A stretch of DNA of 64,000 nucleotides from Mucilaginibacter sp. UBA5151 (GCA_002413785.1 DHXR01000052.1:7380-71379), one strand, 5' to 3'; positions 9,668 to 19,840 are shown, counted from the first letter of the stretch. Numbers and translations are program-made. The notes: generated from the letters alone by a model not told the origin.

Positions 9668-10520
9668 GGACAGGAAGTAAAATGCGGTGAGCCGCAGTGT
9701 AAATATTAAAGCGTTGTCCCCTTAAAAAACCAATAAGCGTGATATTAAATTCATCTGCAAGTTCAACAGCCAGGCTTGACGGAGCGCCAACCGCAGCAAT
9801 AATATTGATTCCCGCCATAGCCGCTTTTTGTACCAGTTCAAAACTTGCCCTGCCGCTTAACATCAGTATGCTTTGATTTAATGGCAGCCAATTTTTGTTC
9901 AATGCCGCGCCAATTAGTTTATCTAAGGCATTATGGCGACCCGCATCTTCGCGTAAGAGCAACAATTCGCCCTTTTAGTTAAATAGCGCCGAAGCATGCA
10001 ATCCGCCTGTATCTGCAAAAACCTGTTGGTGCTTTCGCAGTCTATCCGGCAATTGGTACAGTAATTCTGCATCTATCCTGAATTTATTATCCCTCTGCCC
10101 GGTAAAAGCGCTTACGGTTCATATAGCTTCTATAGAACCCTTGCCGCAAACCCCGCAGCTTGAAGTGGTATAAAAATTACGTTCCGTGTTTTTGAGTTCA
10201 GGGATAACGCTTTCGGCTAATTTTACCAGGATTACATTCTCCTTATTCTCAGCGCAGGCAATAAAACAGTGGTCGATAGCGGCAATATCAGCAGTGCTTT
10301 TAACAATCCCTTCGGTAAACAGGAAACCGGCGGCAAGTTCCGGATCATTGCCGGGGGTGCGCATGGTGACTGAGATATTTTGCAATTTCCGCTTGTTTTC
10401 TGCACCGTATTCCAGCCTTATCTCCAACGGTTCCTCAATAGCCAGTGCATCGCTTGCATCTATGCTTTTATCATCATTTACTTTGATAACCGGGATCCTT
10501 TTAATTGCACTATCAGCCAT
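9651..10520 (-). pseudogene. fdhD: FdhD sulfurtransferase with two in-frame stop codons
   Basis: One reading frame: [35 protein letters not shown]. Interrupted by TGA (10119-10121) and TAA (9975-9977). Confidence 0.92.
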
Positions 10521-10607
10521 AGTCAAATATACAAATCGGGATGCTGATTGTTTATTTTTATTGCAGGCACACCCTATTTTATGATGATTTTGCCCTAATT
10601 TTGTGGC

Positions 10608-10850
10608 ATGAAGATAAAAGTGCTGGCATTTGGTATTTCAAAGGATATTTTTGGTGCATCATCCGTTAACCTGGAGCTGGCCAACGATGCAACCGTATAT
10701 AATTTGCAGTATGTGCTGGAGCAGCAATACCCCCGCCTGCAGCAACTGGCATCGTACATGGTGGCCATAAATAACGAATATGCCCTGCCCGGCGATACCA
10801 TCCATGAGCGGGACGAGATCGCTATTATTCCGCCGGTGAGCGGGGGGTGA
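10608..10850 (+). CDS. moaD: Molybdopterin synthase sulfur carrier subunit
   Basis: 80 aa ending IIPPVSGG; TAATTTTG promoter motif just upstream. Confidence 0.95.
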   Translation: MKIKVLAFGISKDIFGASSVNLELANDATVYNLQYVLEQQYPRLQQLASYMVAINNEYALPGDTIHERDEIAIIPPVSGG

Positions 10851-10865
10851 GGAATCCTTTTCACC

Positions 10866-10931
10866 ATTGTTTGTGTCCTCACAAACAATCCGCCGGAAAG
10901 GCAAGCTTTGTCTGTGGGGACACAGACAAAG
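10866..10931. repeat. Inverted pair of REP-like palindromes
   Basis: ATTGTTTGTG-TCCT-CACAAACAAT (10866-10889) and CTTTGTCTGTG-GGGA-CACAGACAAAG (10906-10931). Confidence 0.75.
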
Positions 10932-10951
10932 GGGATGGAGATAAGGAAGAG

Positions 10952-11521
10952 TTAAATTAAACCTCTTTTTTTCATTTCCCAAAAGCATTTCACAGTGGCT
11001 GTTATGTCTGCCAAAGCATCATGGGCTCCGTCAAATCTGGTGTTGAATAATTTTTGGTGTAATTCTGTTAGCTTAGGATACTTGAAGCCATAAGGGCCGT
11101 TTATAGCGCAATAGTTCACCGATCCCATCATTGTGCATATTAACTTCTTAGCGGGTAGCGGGTTTTTCATTTTAGCCCGAAGAAATTCAGCACCAACAAT
11201 GTTTTTGTCAAAGCTTACATTGTGTGCTATTAAATATTCTGATGAGTCAATCAGATTGTTAAAGCTTTTTAGAACAGGCAACAGATCAACACCATTTTTT
11301 TGGGCAAAATCTGTAGTTATACCGTGAATTTTGGCGGCATCGGATGGGATAATAAAACCATTGGGTTTTATTATCGAACTTTCTTTAGCTAAAGTATTGC
11401 CATCCTTGTCGTGCAAAATCCAGGCTATTTGAACTAATCTCGGCCAATTATTCAAATCAGTCACCGGCGCCTTATAATTTCTTGGCGTTCCTGTAGTTTC
11501 CGTGTCAAAAAATAAATACAT
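10952..11521 (-). CDS. DnaQ-like 3'-5' exonuclease (DEDDh)
   Basis: FFDTETTG, AHNVSFD, HDALADI. Confidence 0.92.
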   Translation of the reverse strand: MYLFFDTETTGTPRNYKAPVTDLNNWPRLVQIAWILHDKDGNTLAKESSIIKPNGFIIPSDAAKIHGITTDFAQKNGVDLLPVLKSFNNLIDSSEYLIAHNVSFDKNIVGAEFLRAKMKNPLPAKKLICTMMGSVNYCAINGPYGFKYPKLTELHQKLFNTRFDGAHDALADITATVKCFWEMKKRGLI

Positions 11522-11561
11522 AATTTAGGTCTCTATTAAAAACAAAATAAAACATTTTAAA

Positions 11562-11981
11562 TTGTCCACACAAATTCAAATATCGCCCGACCCGTTAAAT
11601 ATTCAATCATGTATTGACTGGATCATGTCGCCGCAATCCGGCGGAATTGATGTGTTTATCGGCACCGTTCGCAATGCCACAAAAGGCAAAGCGGTTTTAC
11701 GCCTGGAGTTTGAAGCTTATGAACCTATGGCCCTGACCGAAATGGAAAAAATAGTAAAACAAGCAATCGAAAAATGGCCGGTACAAAAAGCGCTTGTCCA
11801 TCACCGCACCGGGGTATTACAGGTTGGCGAAGTACCTGTCATTATAGCCGTATCAGCGGCCCACCGTGCTGCCGCATTCGAGGCCTGCCGTTATATTATT
11901 GATACGCTGAAACAAACTGTCCCTATCTGGAAAAAAGAAATATTTGAAGATGGCGAAGTGTGGGTGGCTGCACATCCGTAA
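11562..11981 (+). CDS. moaE: Molybdopterin synthase catalytic subunit
   Basis: FIGTVRN, HRTG, AHRAAAFEAC, LKQTVPIWKKE; TTG start. Confidence 0.95.
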   Translation: MSTQIQISPDPLNIQSCIDWIMSPQSGGIDVFIGTVRNATKGKAVLRLEFEAYEPMALTEMEKIVKQAIEKWPVQKALVHHRTGVLQVGEVPVIIAVSAAHRAAAFEACRYIIDTLKQTVPIWKKEIFEDGEVWVAAHP

Positions 11982-11984
11982 TGC

Positions 11985-12151
11985 AGAGATTAGAGACTGG
12001 AGATTAGAGATTAGTGCCTTTCTTTGGGGGTAATGAATAAAATAATCGACCATCCGTAAAACGCGAATATATAAATATCAAATTCTTTATTCTTTCGGAC
12101 TTCCAGTCGTTCCGACTAAAACTAATCTCTAATCACCAGCCTCTAATCTCT
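11985..12151. repeat. 167-bp element with 30-bp terminal inverted arms built from AGATTAG-type heptamers
   Basis: Left AGAGATTAGAGACTGGAGATTAGAGATTAG and right CTAATCTCTAATCACCAGCCTCTAATCTCT, 28/30 complementary. Confidence 0.85.
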
Positions 12152-13204
12152 AAATTCAACCCATGCCTTCAATCCGCCTTCCAAAGAAAACACCCTGGCA
12201 TCAGGATATTTCTGCTTAATAGCCTTAACAGCTTCCCCGCTTCTTTTGCCTGATGCACAGTAAAGCACCGTTTTAACATCTTTGTTTATTTGATCAAGAT
12301 CTGTAGTAAGCATATCTAATGGCATATTCCTGCCGCCTATGTTAAACTCCTTATGTTCCTGATCTGACCTTATATCTATCACTTCGATTGAATTTTCAGC
12401 AATAGCATTCTTTAGATCAGCAACCGAAATTGCAGGGATAATAACCGTCTCCATTAACCTTGTGATATGGATATTGGTTGTATCGCCAATTTTAATAATG
12501 CGGCTCTGCATTGTTTGCGCATCAAATATAAGCACCTTACCTGCAAGCAGTTTACCGGTTTTGGTAATGTATTTAATTACCTCATTAGCCTGCATACAGC
12601 CAATAATGCCGGCCAGTGTGGGGATCACCCCGCCTTCAGCGCAATTGGGGATTTTTGTAGCATCCACTTTTGGAAAAAGGTCGCGATAATTGGGCGACCT
12701 TGTGTCGTTTTCATTCTCAATGTTCCAAACTGCAACCTGTCCCTCGTATTGGTAAATAGCGCCGTAAACCAGCGGCCTGGCTGTCAACACCGCAGCATCA
12801 TTCAATAAATAACGGGTATCAAAATTATCGGTGCCATCTACCACAATATCATACTGCCACAGCAAATCCATCACATTATGCGACGTTACACGCACATCAT
12901 GGGGTACCAGTTTTATACCGGGATTTTGTTTTTGTAAATGCTCACAGGCTACGACGGCTTTTTTATGGCCCACATCCGCCGGGGAGAATAATACCTGACG
13001 ATGAAGGTTACTGATTGCAACCGTGTCGAAATCGGCAATACCCAACGTGCCTACGCCTGCTGCTGCCAAATACTGCGCGGCCGGACTGCCCAGCCCCCCG
13101 GCACCAACAATCAGTACCCTTGCATTTTGCAAAAGACGCTGGGCGCGTTCAGTAAAACCCGGCAAAGCGATCTGGCAACTGTATCGTAAGAAATCGGGGT
13201 TCAT
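12143..13204 (-). CDS. moeB: MoeB/ThiF adenylyltransferase with C-terminal rhodanese domain
   Basis: VGAGGLGSP, SNLHRQ, DGTDNF, rhodanese LYCASGKRS. Confidence 0.92.
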   Translation of the reverse strand: MNPDFLRYSCQIALPGFTERAQRLLQNARVLIVGAGGLGSPAAQYLAAAGVGTLGIADFDTVAISNLHRQVLFSPADVGHKKAVVACEHLQKQNPGIKLVPHDVRVTSHNVMDLLWQYDIVVDGTDNFDTRYLLNDAAVLTARPLVYGAIYQYEGQVAVWNIENENDTRSPNYRDLFPKVDATKIPNCAEGGVIPTLAGIIGCMQANEVIKYITKTGKLLAGKVLIFDAQTMQSRIIKIGDTTNIHITRLMETVIIPAISVADLKNAIAENSIEVIDIRSDQEHKEFNIGGRNMPLDMLTTDLDQINKDVKTVLYCASGKRSGEAVKAIKQKYPDARVFSLEGGLKAWVEFRD

Positions 13205-14388
13205 CAGGCGTTTGTTGTTTGATGCAATAAAAGTTTAACTTTTTCAAGATCTTCGGGCGTATTTACATTAGTAAGGTCATCCGGATTGGGAACCTCCAAC
13301 AAAGTTATATCGCTGTTTATCAAAACCTTCCGTGGACAGGAATAACCCTGTGACAGGAATGAAAGCAAAACGGGATAACTTTTTGGCTCCCAAATGGTGA
13401 TCAATGGTTCCGGGAAATCATCAAAGCTGCTTTGATAGGCAGTTGCAATTGACGAACTATTCCGGTTTTCCGTTAAATATTTTAATGTTTTTTCACTTAA
13501 TAAAGGCAAATCGCAGGCGACAACGAACCAGGCGCTGTCGGGTTTTTCGCGGAATGCTGATAATATGGCCCCAAATGGCCCCAATCTTGTAAAAGTATCC
13601 GGCAGACTTGCATAATGCCCATCAATTTCCTGCTGCTGGTCTGCCCGGCAGGAGATAAATACCTCTTTGCAAAAGGGTTTCAACATATCGGCAATATGGT
13701 AACGTTGTTCTTTTCCGTGCCAGTTTACGCCGCCCTTATCAAAACCCATACGTTCGCTTTTGCCCCCGGCCAGCACCAATCCGTTGAGTACCGGTTTAGC
13801 CTGCTGCATTTGCTTTTCAAAAAAAGCAATGATCTTTTCGATTTCACCAAGTCTGTAAAGCGGAAGGACCTTCCAATTTGGAACAACCTCTTTTATAAAA
13901 TCAAAAACCTCATTAGCATCGTCGGCAAGCAAAATCATTTGCACATTGTTTACCTGCGCCACGCGTTTTTGCAATGATGCTTTTTTACTTTCGCAAATAA
14001 TAACTACCTGCGCTTTTGCCTGATGATGGTTACCGTTTACAAGCACAAGATCAGCACCCGCAAATGTTTCCCTGAGCTTAAATGGGTTAAACTCCGTTTT
14101 GTAGTTTATTTCCCTGTAATCTATCTGGTCGGTATAATCAATTACCGCTCCATTCGCCAAACGGCCAGGCTGTAAAATAATATCATCATTGTGCGAAGTA
14201 TCAACGTATGCACATTTACAGGCTGGAGATAAAGTATTTATAATCTGATCGGCCAGCAACTTTATAGCGGCACATTGGCCGCCAATCAGGGCCCATTCAT
14301 TTCTGCCAAAATTACCGGTGGATGGCCTGGCTAAAGCAGGATGTTTTTTATGCCCTTTTGTAATCACGTTATGCTCTATTGAAATCAC
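13204..14388 (-). CDS. mobA: Molybdenum cofactor guanylyltransferase with N-terminal MobB-like extension
   Basis: C-terminal LVLAGGKSERMG, GPFGAI, ACDLP, NVNTPED. Confidence 0.85.
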   Translation of the reverse strand: MISIEHNVITKGHKKHPALARPSTGNFGRNEWALIGGQCAAIKLLADQIINTLSPACKCAYVDTSHNDDIILQPGRLANGAVIDYTDQIDYREINYKTEFNPFKLRETFAGADLVLVNGNHHQAKAQVVIICESKKASLQKRVAQVNNVQMILLADDANEVFDFIKEVVPNWKVLPLYRLGEIEKIIAFFEKQMQQAKPVLNGLVLAGGKSERMGFDKGGVNWHGKEQRYHIADMLKPFCKEVFISCRADQQQEIDGHYASLPDTFTRLGPFGAILSAFREKPDSAWFVVACDLPLLSEKTLKYLTENRNSSSIATAYQSSFDDFPEPLITIWEPKSYPVLLSFLSQGYSCPRKVLINSDITLLEVPNPDDLTNVNTPEDLEKVKLLLHQTTNA

Positions 14389-14839
14389 GTTTACCTCCCG
14401 TTTTTGATAGCAGCTTCGTTTCTTTTATCACAATATTGTGGCTCATCGCCTTACACATATCGTAAACCGTTAAAGCTGCAATAGATGCTCCTACCAGTGC
14501 CTCCATCTCTATTCCTGTTTTAGCGGTAATACTTGCAGTACAATCAATCACAATCTCCTGTAGTTCATTTATGCTGATCGTAATGTTGCAATTATCCAAA
14601 CCCAATGGATGACAAAGCGGGATCAGGTCGCCCGTTTTTTTAGCCGCCATAATGCCGGCAATTATCGCGGTCTGAAAAACCGGACCTTTTTTTGATTGAA
14701 GGTCGCCACCCGCCAAATGCTCTAAAACCTCCGCAGGCATACAAACGATGCTCCGCGCGGTTGCAGTGCGATGCGAGGCTTGTTTTGAAGTCACATCAAC
14801 CATAGTTGGGTTGCCTTGTTTATCTAAGTGTGTGATCAT
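14369..14839 (-). CDS. moaC: Cyclic pyranopterin monophosphate synthase
   Basis: MVDVTSK, LIPLCHP, GIEMEAL, YDMCKA, KTGGK. Confidence 0.97.
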   Translation of the reverse strand: MITHLDKQGNPTMVDVTSKQASHRTATARSIVCMPAEVLEHLAGGDLQSKKGPVFQTAIIAGIMAAKKTGDLIPLCHPLGLDNCNITISINELQEIVIDCTASITAKTGIEMEALVGASIAALTVYDMCKAMSHNIVIKETKLLSKTGGKRDFNRA

Positions 14840-14890
14840 TGTTTTGATTTCACCGATTTTGTTTTGATTTCACCGATTATTATCTGACAC

Positions 14891-16084
14891 TCAGAAGCGC
14901 CAAACTTTAAACACCTCTCCTCTTTTAAACTCATTCCTTTCCAGCGGCAGTTCTATAAACGCATCGGTATCTGCTAAGTTAGCAAAATCTCCTGATCCGT
15001 TTCCTTCAACCGGGGCTGCCATTAACTGGCAGTACTCATTAAAATGAAGTTTTACCTGCAAAAAGCACTTTACGGGCTGATGAAAGCTATAACGGTTATT
15101 TAAAACCGCAAATAAAGGTGGTTTTTCATTTATACCAAGCGAGGCCTGCAACCATGGTAAAAAATACCTGTGGAGGCACATAAAAGTTGCCACCGGGTTG
15201 CCCGGGAAAGCGAATACCAGTTTACCGTCATCATGCCTGCCAAACCAAAATGGTTTACCGGGACGCTGCTTAACTTTATGAAAAAGCTGGTTTACCTTTA
15301 GGTCGTTCAGCGCCTTTGGTATATAATCAAACTTGCCCATGGATACGCCACCGCTCAAAAGCAGCACATCATAATTTTCAAGGCAAATGGCTAACTGCTT
15401 TTTAATGGTCGCCGGTTCATCCGGGATATGCAGCGTATCAGCCAATAAGCCATGCTGTTTTAAAACTGACTTAACGGTATAGCTATTTGAACGCCTGATC
15501 TGGTAAGGTGTGGGTGTTTCGTTTACATCAACCAGTTCATCACCAGATGAAATAATTACGACCCGTGGCATTTTTTTAACTCTTAATTCCGTTTCGCCAA
15601 CTGAAGCCATAAGGCCAATAAGAGCAGGACTAACACACTGGCCTATATTGGCGACAATATCATCCTGCTTTTTATCATGACCTTTGTAATGGATGTTTTG
15701 GCCCCTCTTTATCTGATTGGTAACCAGTGTGGCTAAGCCCGCCCTTAATTTAAGGTCCTCATAACGGATAACCGTATCAGCTGATGCCGGTAACACGGCG
15801 CCTGTCATGATCTCCACACATTCATTCTGCTCCTCAATGGCAACCGGAGGATCCCCGGCGGCTTGTGTAGCTTTGATACGAAAAGTACTGATCCCGCTTT
15901 CGATAGCATCATAATTCACCGCTATCCCATCCATGGTCACCCTATTAAACGGAGGTAAATCCCTGTCGGCTTTAATATTCTCCGCCAAAACCCTGCCTAA
16001 AGCCAATTCAAAAGGGACTATTTCAGCGCCGTAATCTGTAACCTGGGCAAGTATTATTTTTTCAGCTTCCTCAACAGTTATCAT
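14891..16084 (-). CDS. moeA: Molybdopterin molybdenumtransferase
   Basis: MDGIA, IMTGA, SSGDEL, GGVSMG, PGKP, FPGNP. Confidence 0.96.
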   Translation of the reverse strand: MITVEEAEKIILAQVTDYGAEIVPFELALGRVLAENIKADRDLPPFNRVTMDGIAVNYDAIESGISTFRIKATQAAGDPPVAIEEQNECVEIMTGAVLPASADTVIRYEDLKLRAGLATLVTNQIKRGQNIHYKGHDKKQDDIVANIGQCVSPALIGLMASVGETELRVKKMPRVVIISSGDELVDVNETPTPYQIRRSNSYTVKSVLKQHGLLADTLHIPDEPATIKKQLAICLENYDVLLLSGGVSMGKFDYIPKALNDLKVNQLFHKVKQRPGKPFWFGRHDDGKLVFAFPGNPVATFMCLHRYFLPWLQASLGINEKPPLFAVLNNRYSFHQPVKCFLQVKLHFNEYCQLMAAPVEGNGSGDFANLADTDAFIELPLERNEFKRGEVFKVWRF

Positions 16085-16108
16085 ATCACCTTAATTTTTT
16101 ATTATTAT

Positions 16109-17098
16109 TTATCCGCCAATGGTAGCCATTGATTCATGCACCCCTTTATGCTGAACCCTTAAACGTTCGGCCTCCCAACCATCTTTTGCCCTGTGACTAA
16201 TGGCGTTTAACAATGTTTTGTTTAAGTTATCTTCACTAATTTCCTGTCTTATCAAATCTTTAATATTCAGTACCCCATCATCGTATAAACATGTTTTTAA
16301 TTCACCTGTCGGTGTAATCCTGATGCGGTTACAGGTACCGCAAAAAGTACGCGAAAAAGCCGCTATAATACCAATACTACCCTTGTGCCCGGGAATCTGG
16401 TAATTATATGATGTTGAATGCAAGGGGTCTCCGATCTTTTTTACACCGGGATATTTACTGCTGATCTCTTCTAAAATGCGTAAATAATCCCATTGCAGTC
16501 CCCCATAAAGATGGTTGTCGCCGTTAAATGGCATTTCTTCAATAAAACGAACGCTAACCGGCAATTCCCGCGTCAACTCAACCAATGGGATAATATCTTC
16601 AATATTTTTACCGTCCATCACCACCGCATTGATCTTCACTTCCATATCATGCTTCAGCAACTCATCCAATGTCAGCATAACATTTGCGAACTCATCCCTT
16701 CCGGTAATTGCAAAAAAACGACCAGCATCCAAGGTATCCAGACTCAGGTTAACAGAGCTCACCCCTATTTTTTTTAATTCAGGCACATAAGGTGCGGTCA
16801 GTACCCCATTTGTGGTTATGGTAAGTTCTTTTACTCCGGTTAATTGTCCAAGTGCCGTTAAAAACCGCATAATATCCTTGCGTACAAAGGGCTCCCCACC
16901 GGTTATGCGAATCTTTTCGATACCCATTTTTACCAGCAAGGAACATATTTGCAGCATTTCCTCATAAGTCATCAGTTCCTTGCGCGCTAACCATTGAAGG
17001 CCTTCTTCGGGCATGCAGTAAAAGCAGCGCAGGTTGCACCTGTCCGTCACCGCAAGCCGCAGGTAATTAATTTTTCGTCCGTGATTATCTGATAACAA
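16109..17098 (-). CDS. moaA: GTP 3',8-cyclase (radical SAM)
   Basis: CNLRCFYC, TGGEP, FCGTCNRIR...C, IGG C-terminus. Confidence 0.97.
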   Translation of the reverse strand: MLSDNHGRKINYLRLAVTDRCNLRCFYCMPEEGLQWLARKELMTYEEMLQICSLLVKMGIEKIRITGGEPFVRKDIMRFLTALGQLTGVKELTITTNGVLTAPYVPELKKIGVSSVNLSLDTLDAGRFFAITGRDEFANVMLTLDELLKHDMEVKINAVVMDGKNIEDIIPLVELTRELPVSVRFIEEMPFNGDNHLYGGLQWDYLRILEEISSKYPGVKKIGDPLHSTSYNYQIPGHKGSIGIIAAFSRTFCGTCNRIRITPTGELKTCLYDDGVLNIKDLIRQEISEDNLNKTLLNAISHRAKDGWEAERLRVQHKGVHESMATIGG

Positions 17099-17233
17099 TT
17101 ATTTACTGTCTAAAATTTACGCCAATGTAAAAATAATTAATACAAATTAGTCCAATGTTGATTAAATGTACTTTTTCTGTTATTTTGACCCTTGTATTAA
17201 TTAAATTACAACATTTATAATTATCTAAAGCAA

Positions 17234-17803
17234 ATGCCCGGTATTATCATTCTTGCGGCCGGTTCATCAGGCAGGCTGGGTTCGCCCAAACAAAACCTGA
17301 TTTACAAAGGTCAAACTTTATTGCAAAGAGCTATTAAAACGGCAGTGGCATCAGCTTGCGGGCCGGTGATTGTTGTTTTGGGGGCGAATGAAAATGTAAT
17401 CCGGCAAAGCATTGAGGGCAGCAAGGCAACAATAGTTTATAATGCTGATTGGCAGGAAGGTATGGCATCATCTATCCGGGTCGGCATTACAGCGCTTAAA
17501 AAAAAACACCCGGAATCTGATGCTGTAATTTTAATGCTTTGCGATCAGCCTTTTGTTGATACTTCCCTGCTTAATCAGTTCGTTCAAAAAAGATCAGCAA
17601 AAGGAATAATTGCCTGTGCATATAATGATACCATTGGTCCGCCTGTTTTATTTGATGCTTTTTATTTTGATGACCTGCTATTGTTAAAAGGACAGGAAGG
17701 CGCTAAAAAGCTTCTGATGAAACACCAGCATGATATTGTTACAATACCGTTTCCTTTGGGTAGCGTGGATATCGATACGGTGGAGGATTTTGAGCGGTTA
17801 TAA
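17234..17803 (+). CDS. MocA-like nucleotidyltransferase (NTP_transf_3)
   Basis: ILAAGSSGRLGSPKQ, GMASS, LCDQP, DIDT. Confidence 0.85.
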   Translation: MPGIIILAAGSSGRLGSPKQNLIYKGQTLLQRAIKTAVASACGPVIVVLGANENVIRQSIEGSKATIVYNADWQEGMASSIRVGITALKKKHPESDAVILMLCDQPFVDTSLLNQFVQKRSAKGIIACAYNDTIGPPVLFDAFYFDDLLLLKGQEGAKKLLMKHQHDIVTIPFPLGSVDIDTVEDFERL

Positions 17804-17811
17804 GAAATAAA

Positions 17812-18009
17812 TTATTGCTTTTGTTTTGGAAGTTTTTTTAACAATTCTTTAGCAGGGACTGATTTTACGTTACCCTTTCCATCACTTATAACCAGGCTCC
17901 CGTCATTTGCGGCAGAGGTTTCCACTAATTTACGAAGTGCTTTATTTACTCCATAAAGAATTTTTTCACCAAATTCATCCAAATCTGTACTTTTAGTTTG
18001 AGCTATCAT
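17812..18009 (-). CDS. Small conserved partner of the zeta-toxin-like ATPase
   Basis: 65 aa, overlaps the stop of the upstream gene. Confidence 0.7.
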   Translation of the reverse strand: MIAQTKSTDLDEFGEKILYGVNKALRKLVETSAANDGSLVISDGKGNVKSVPAKELLKKLPKQKQ

Positions 18010-18577
18010 TTCTTTGTAGTAAAATGGTATTCCAAATATCGCTGTTAATTATTACTTCTCCAAACAGAGTCGAACTTTGGGCAACAACTTCTGATGGTAC
18101 GCTCGCATTGTTCATAACAATCCATTTATCGCAAACAGGTATGTATAAATTTAATAGATTTTTTATACCCCGGTAATATCTGCGTTCAATTGTATCAATA
18201 GGAATGTTATGTCCGCCCTCGCTTACACGTTTTGCAACCCGATCATACGCCGTTTCAGGAGAATCTAACCAAAAATAAAGTAATGTAACTTCGTAACCAG
18301 CTTGTTGGGCTTTTTTTATTAATGAAACATAGCTCCTGGTTGAAAGTGTGGTTTCAAATGCAAAATCAGATCCTTCGCCCAAAAGTTCATTAATTCTTTT
18401 CAGCATTATTCGTCCCGCTTCTATTGCTACACTTTCGGGATTAAACGGAGAAATCCCTGCGGCTATATTATCTGCATTAACAAACTCTCTACAGTTTAAT
18501 ATTTCAGGCAATATGGTATAACTGGCGGTAGTTTTACCTGCTCCGTTGCAACCAGCAATAATATATAAGTTTGGCAT
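17993..18577 (-). CDS. Zeta-toxin-like P-loop kinase/ATPase
   Basis: IAGCNGAGKTT, VNADNIA, FETTLS, RVSEGGH. Confidence 0.88.
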   Translation of the reverse strand: MPNLYIIAGCNGAGKTTASYTILPEILNCREFVNADNIAAGISPFNPESVAIEAGRIMLKRINELLGEGSDFAFETTLSTRSYVSLIKKAQQAGYEVTLLYFWLDSPETAYDRVAKRVSEGGHNIPIDTIERRYYRGIKNLLNLYIPVCDKWIVMNNASVPSEVVAQSSTLFGEVIINSDIWNTILLQRNDSSN

Positions 18578-18594
18578 TTGTCACTTTTTATGCT

Positions 18595-19776
18595 CTACTT
18601 TCCCACCGAAAGCTTATAGATCGTAACCGTTTTATAAACATCCCCAGGCTTAAGCACTGTTGACGGAAATTGCGGTTTGTTTGGCGAGTCTGGAAAATGC
18701 TGTGTTTCCATGGCAAAGCCAGTGCGGTAATCATCAGTTTTACCGTCAGGCATGGTATTGCTGCCGGGCATGAAGTTGCCGCTGTAAAATTGCATGCCGG
18801 GTTCGGTTGTAAATATTTCAAGCTTTATACCGCTTTTATCGCCTGTTACTGTTGCAACCGGGCTTGTAATATCATGCTTATCAAGCACAAAATTATGATC
18901 GTAACCTTTCCCGTTCTTTAACTGTTCGTCGTTCGCTTCGATCCTGCTGCCAATGGTTGCCGGTTTAGAAAAATCAAATGGCGTACCTGCTACTGGGGCT
19001 ATCTGGCCGGTTGGTATCAGCGTTATATCCACCGGGGTAAAACCGGCTGCCTTTAACTGAACCACATGGTTTAATATGCTGCCGTTTCCAGCACCATTGA
19101 GGTTGAAATAAGAATGATTGGTTAAATTTACTACAGTGGTTTTATCCGTTGTTGCCTCGTAACTTATTTTTATGGCATTATCGTCTGTAAGTTCGTAAGT
19201 TACCTTACAACTCAAATTACCCGGATAACCCTCTTCCATATCTTTTGATAAATAGGTAAAGGTTACGGTTTGGTCATTTACTTGCTGCGTGTCCCAAATC
19301 ACATCGTTAAATCCCTTTTGACCTCCATGCAAAGTATTGGGCTTATTATTGATAAACAGATCATAGCGGCGGCCTTCGAGTACAAAATGTCCGTTGGCAA
19401 TACGGTTGCCGTATCTGCCGATGGTTGCGCCATAATAGGCTGACATCGCTTTTTTGTACCCGTCAATATCAGCAAAGCCGATAACTACATCAGTCAGTTT
19501 GCCGGTTTTATCAGGTACGGCAAGACTTATTAAATGGGCGCCATAGTTTGTTAGCGCCGTCTGCACGCCGTTTTTGTTTTTTAAGACATAAAAATGGGCT
19601 TTTTTGCCGTCAATTGTTTTCTCGAATCCTGAAGAAGGTGGTAATGTTACGGGGGTAGAATTGTCCGTCATGGTTGATGCTGTGGATGTATTTTTAGCTT
19701 TGTGATTACAAGCAGCCAAAGATAGGATACAAACAGGTAAAAATATCGCTGAAAAGGTTTTAAATATTGTATTCAT
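18595..19776 (-). CDS. galM: Aldose 1-epimerase (lipoprotein signal)
   Basis: GRYGNRI, LHGG, NLTNHSYFNL, ETQHFPD; lipobox LAAC. Confidence 0.93.
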   Translation of the reverse strand: MNTIFKTFSAIFLPVCILSLAACNHKAKNTSTASTMTDNSTPVTLPPSSGFEKTIDGKKAHFYVLKNKNGVQTALTNYGAHLISLAVPDKTGKLTDVVIGFADIDGYKKAMSAYYGATIGRYGNRIANGHFVLEGRRYDLFINNKPNTLHGGQKGFNDVIWDTQQVNDQTVTFTYLSKDMEEGYPGNLSCKVTYELTDDNAIKISYEATTDKTTVVNLTNHSYFNLNGAGNGSILNHVVQLKAAGFTPVDITLIPTGQIAPVAGTPFDFSKPATIGSRIEANDEQLKNGKGYDHNFVLDKHDITSPVATVTGDKSGIKLEIFTTEPGMQFYSGNFMPGSNTMPDGKTDDYRTGFAMETQHFPDSPNKPQFPSTVLKPGDVYKTVTIYKLSVGK

Positions 19777-19840
19777 TTGAGGGCTAAGTTAACAATTTGA
19801 TCATCAATATTATTTTCCGTTCAGTTGTTTTATCAGGCGT

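Noticed and set aside
10119-10121. Selenocysteine TGA in fdhD
   Set aside because: The position fits Arg (CGA), the gene has a second TAA stop, and no sel genes or SECIS-like hairpin were noticed.
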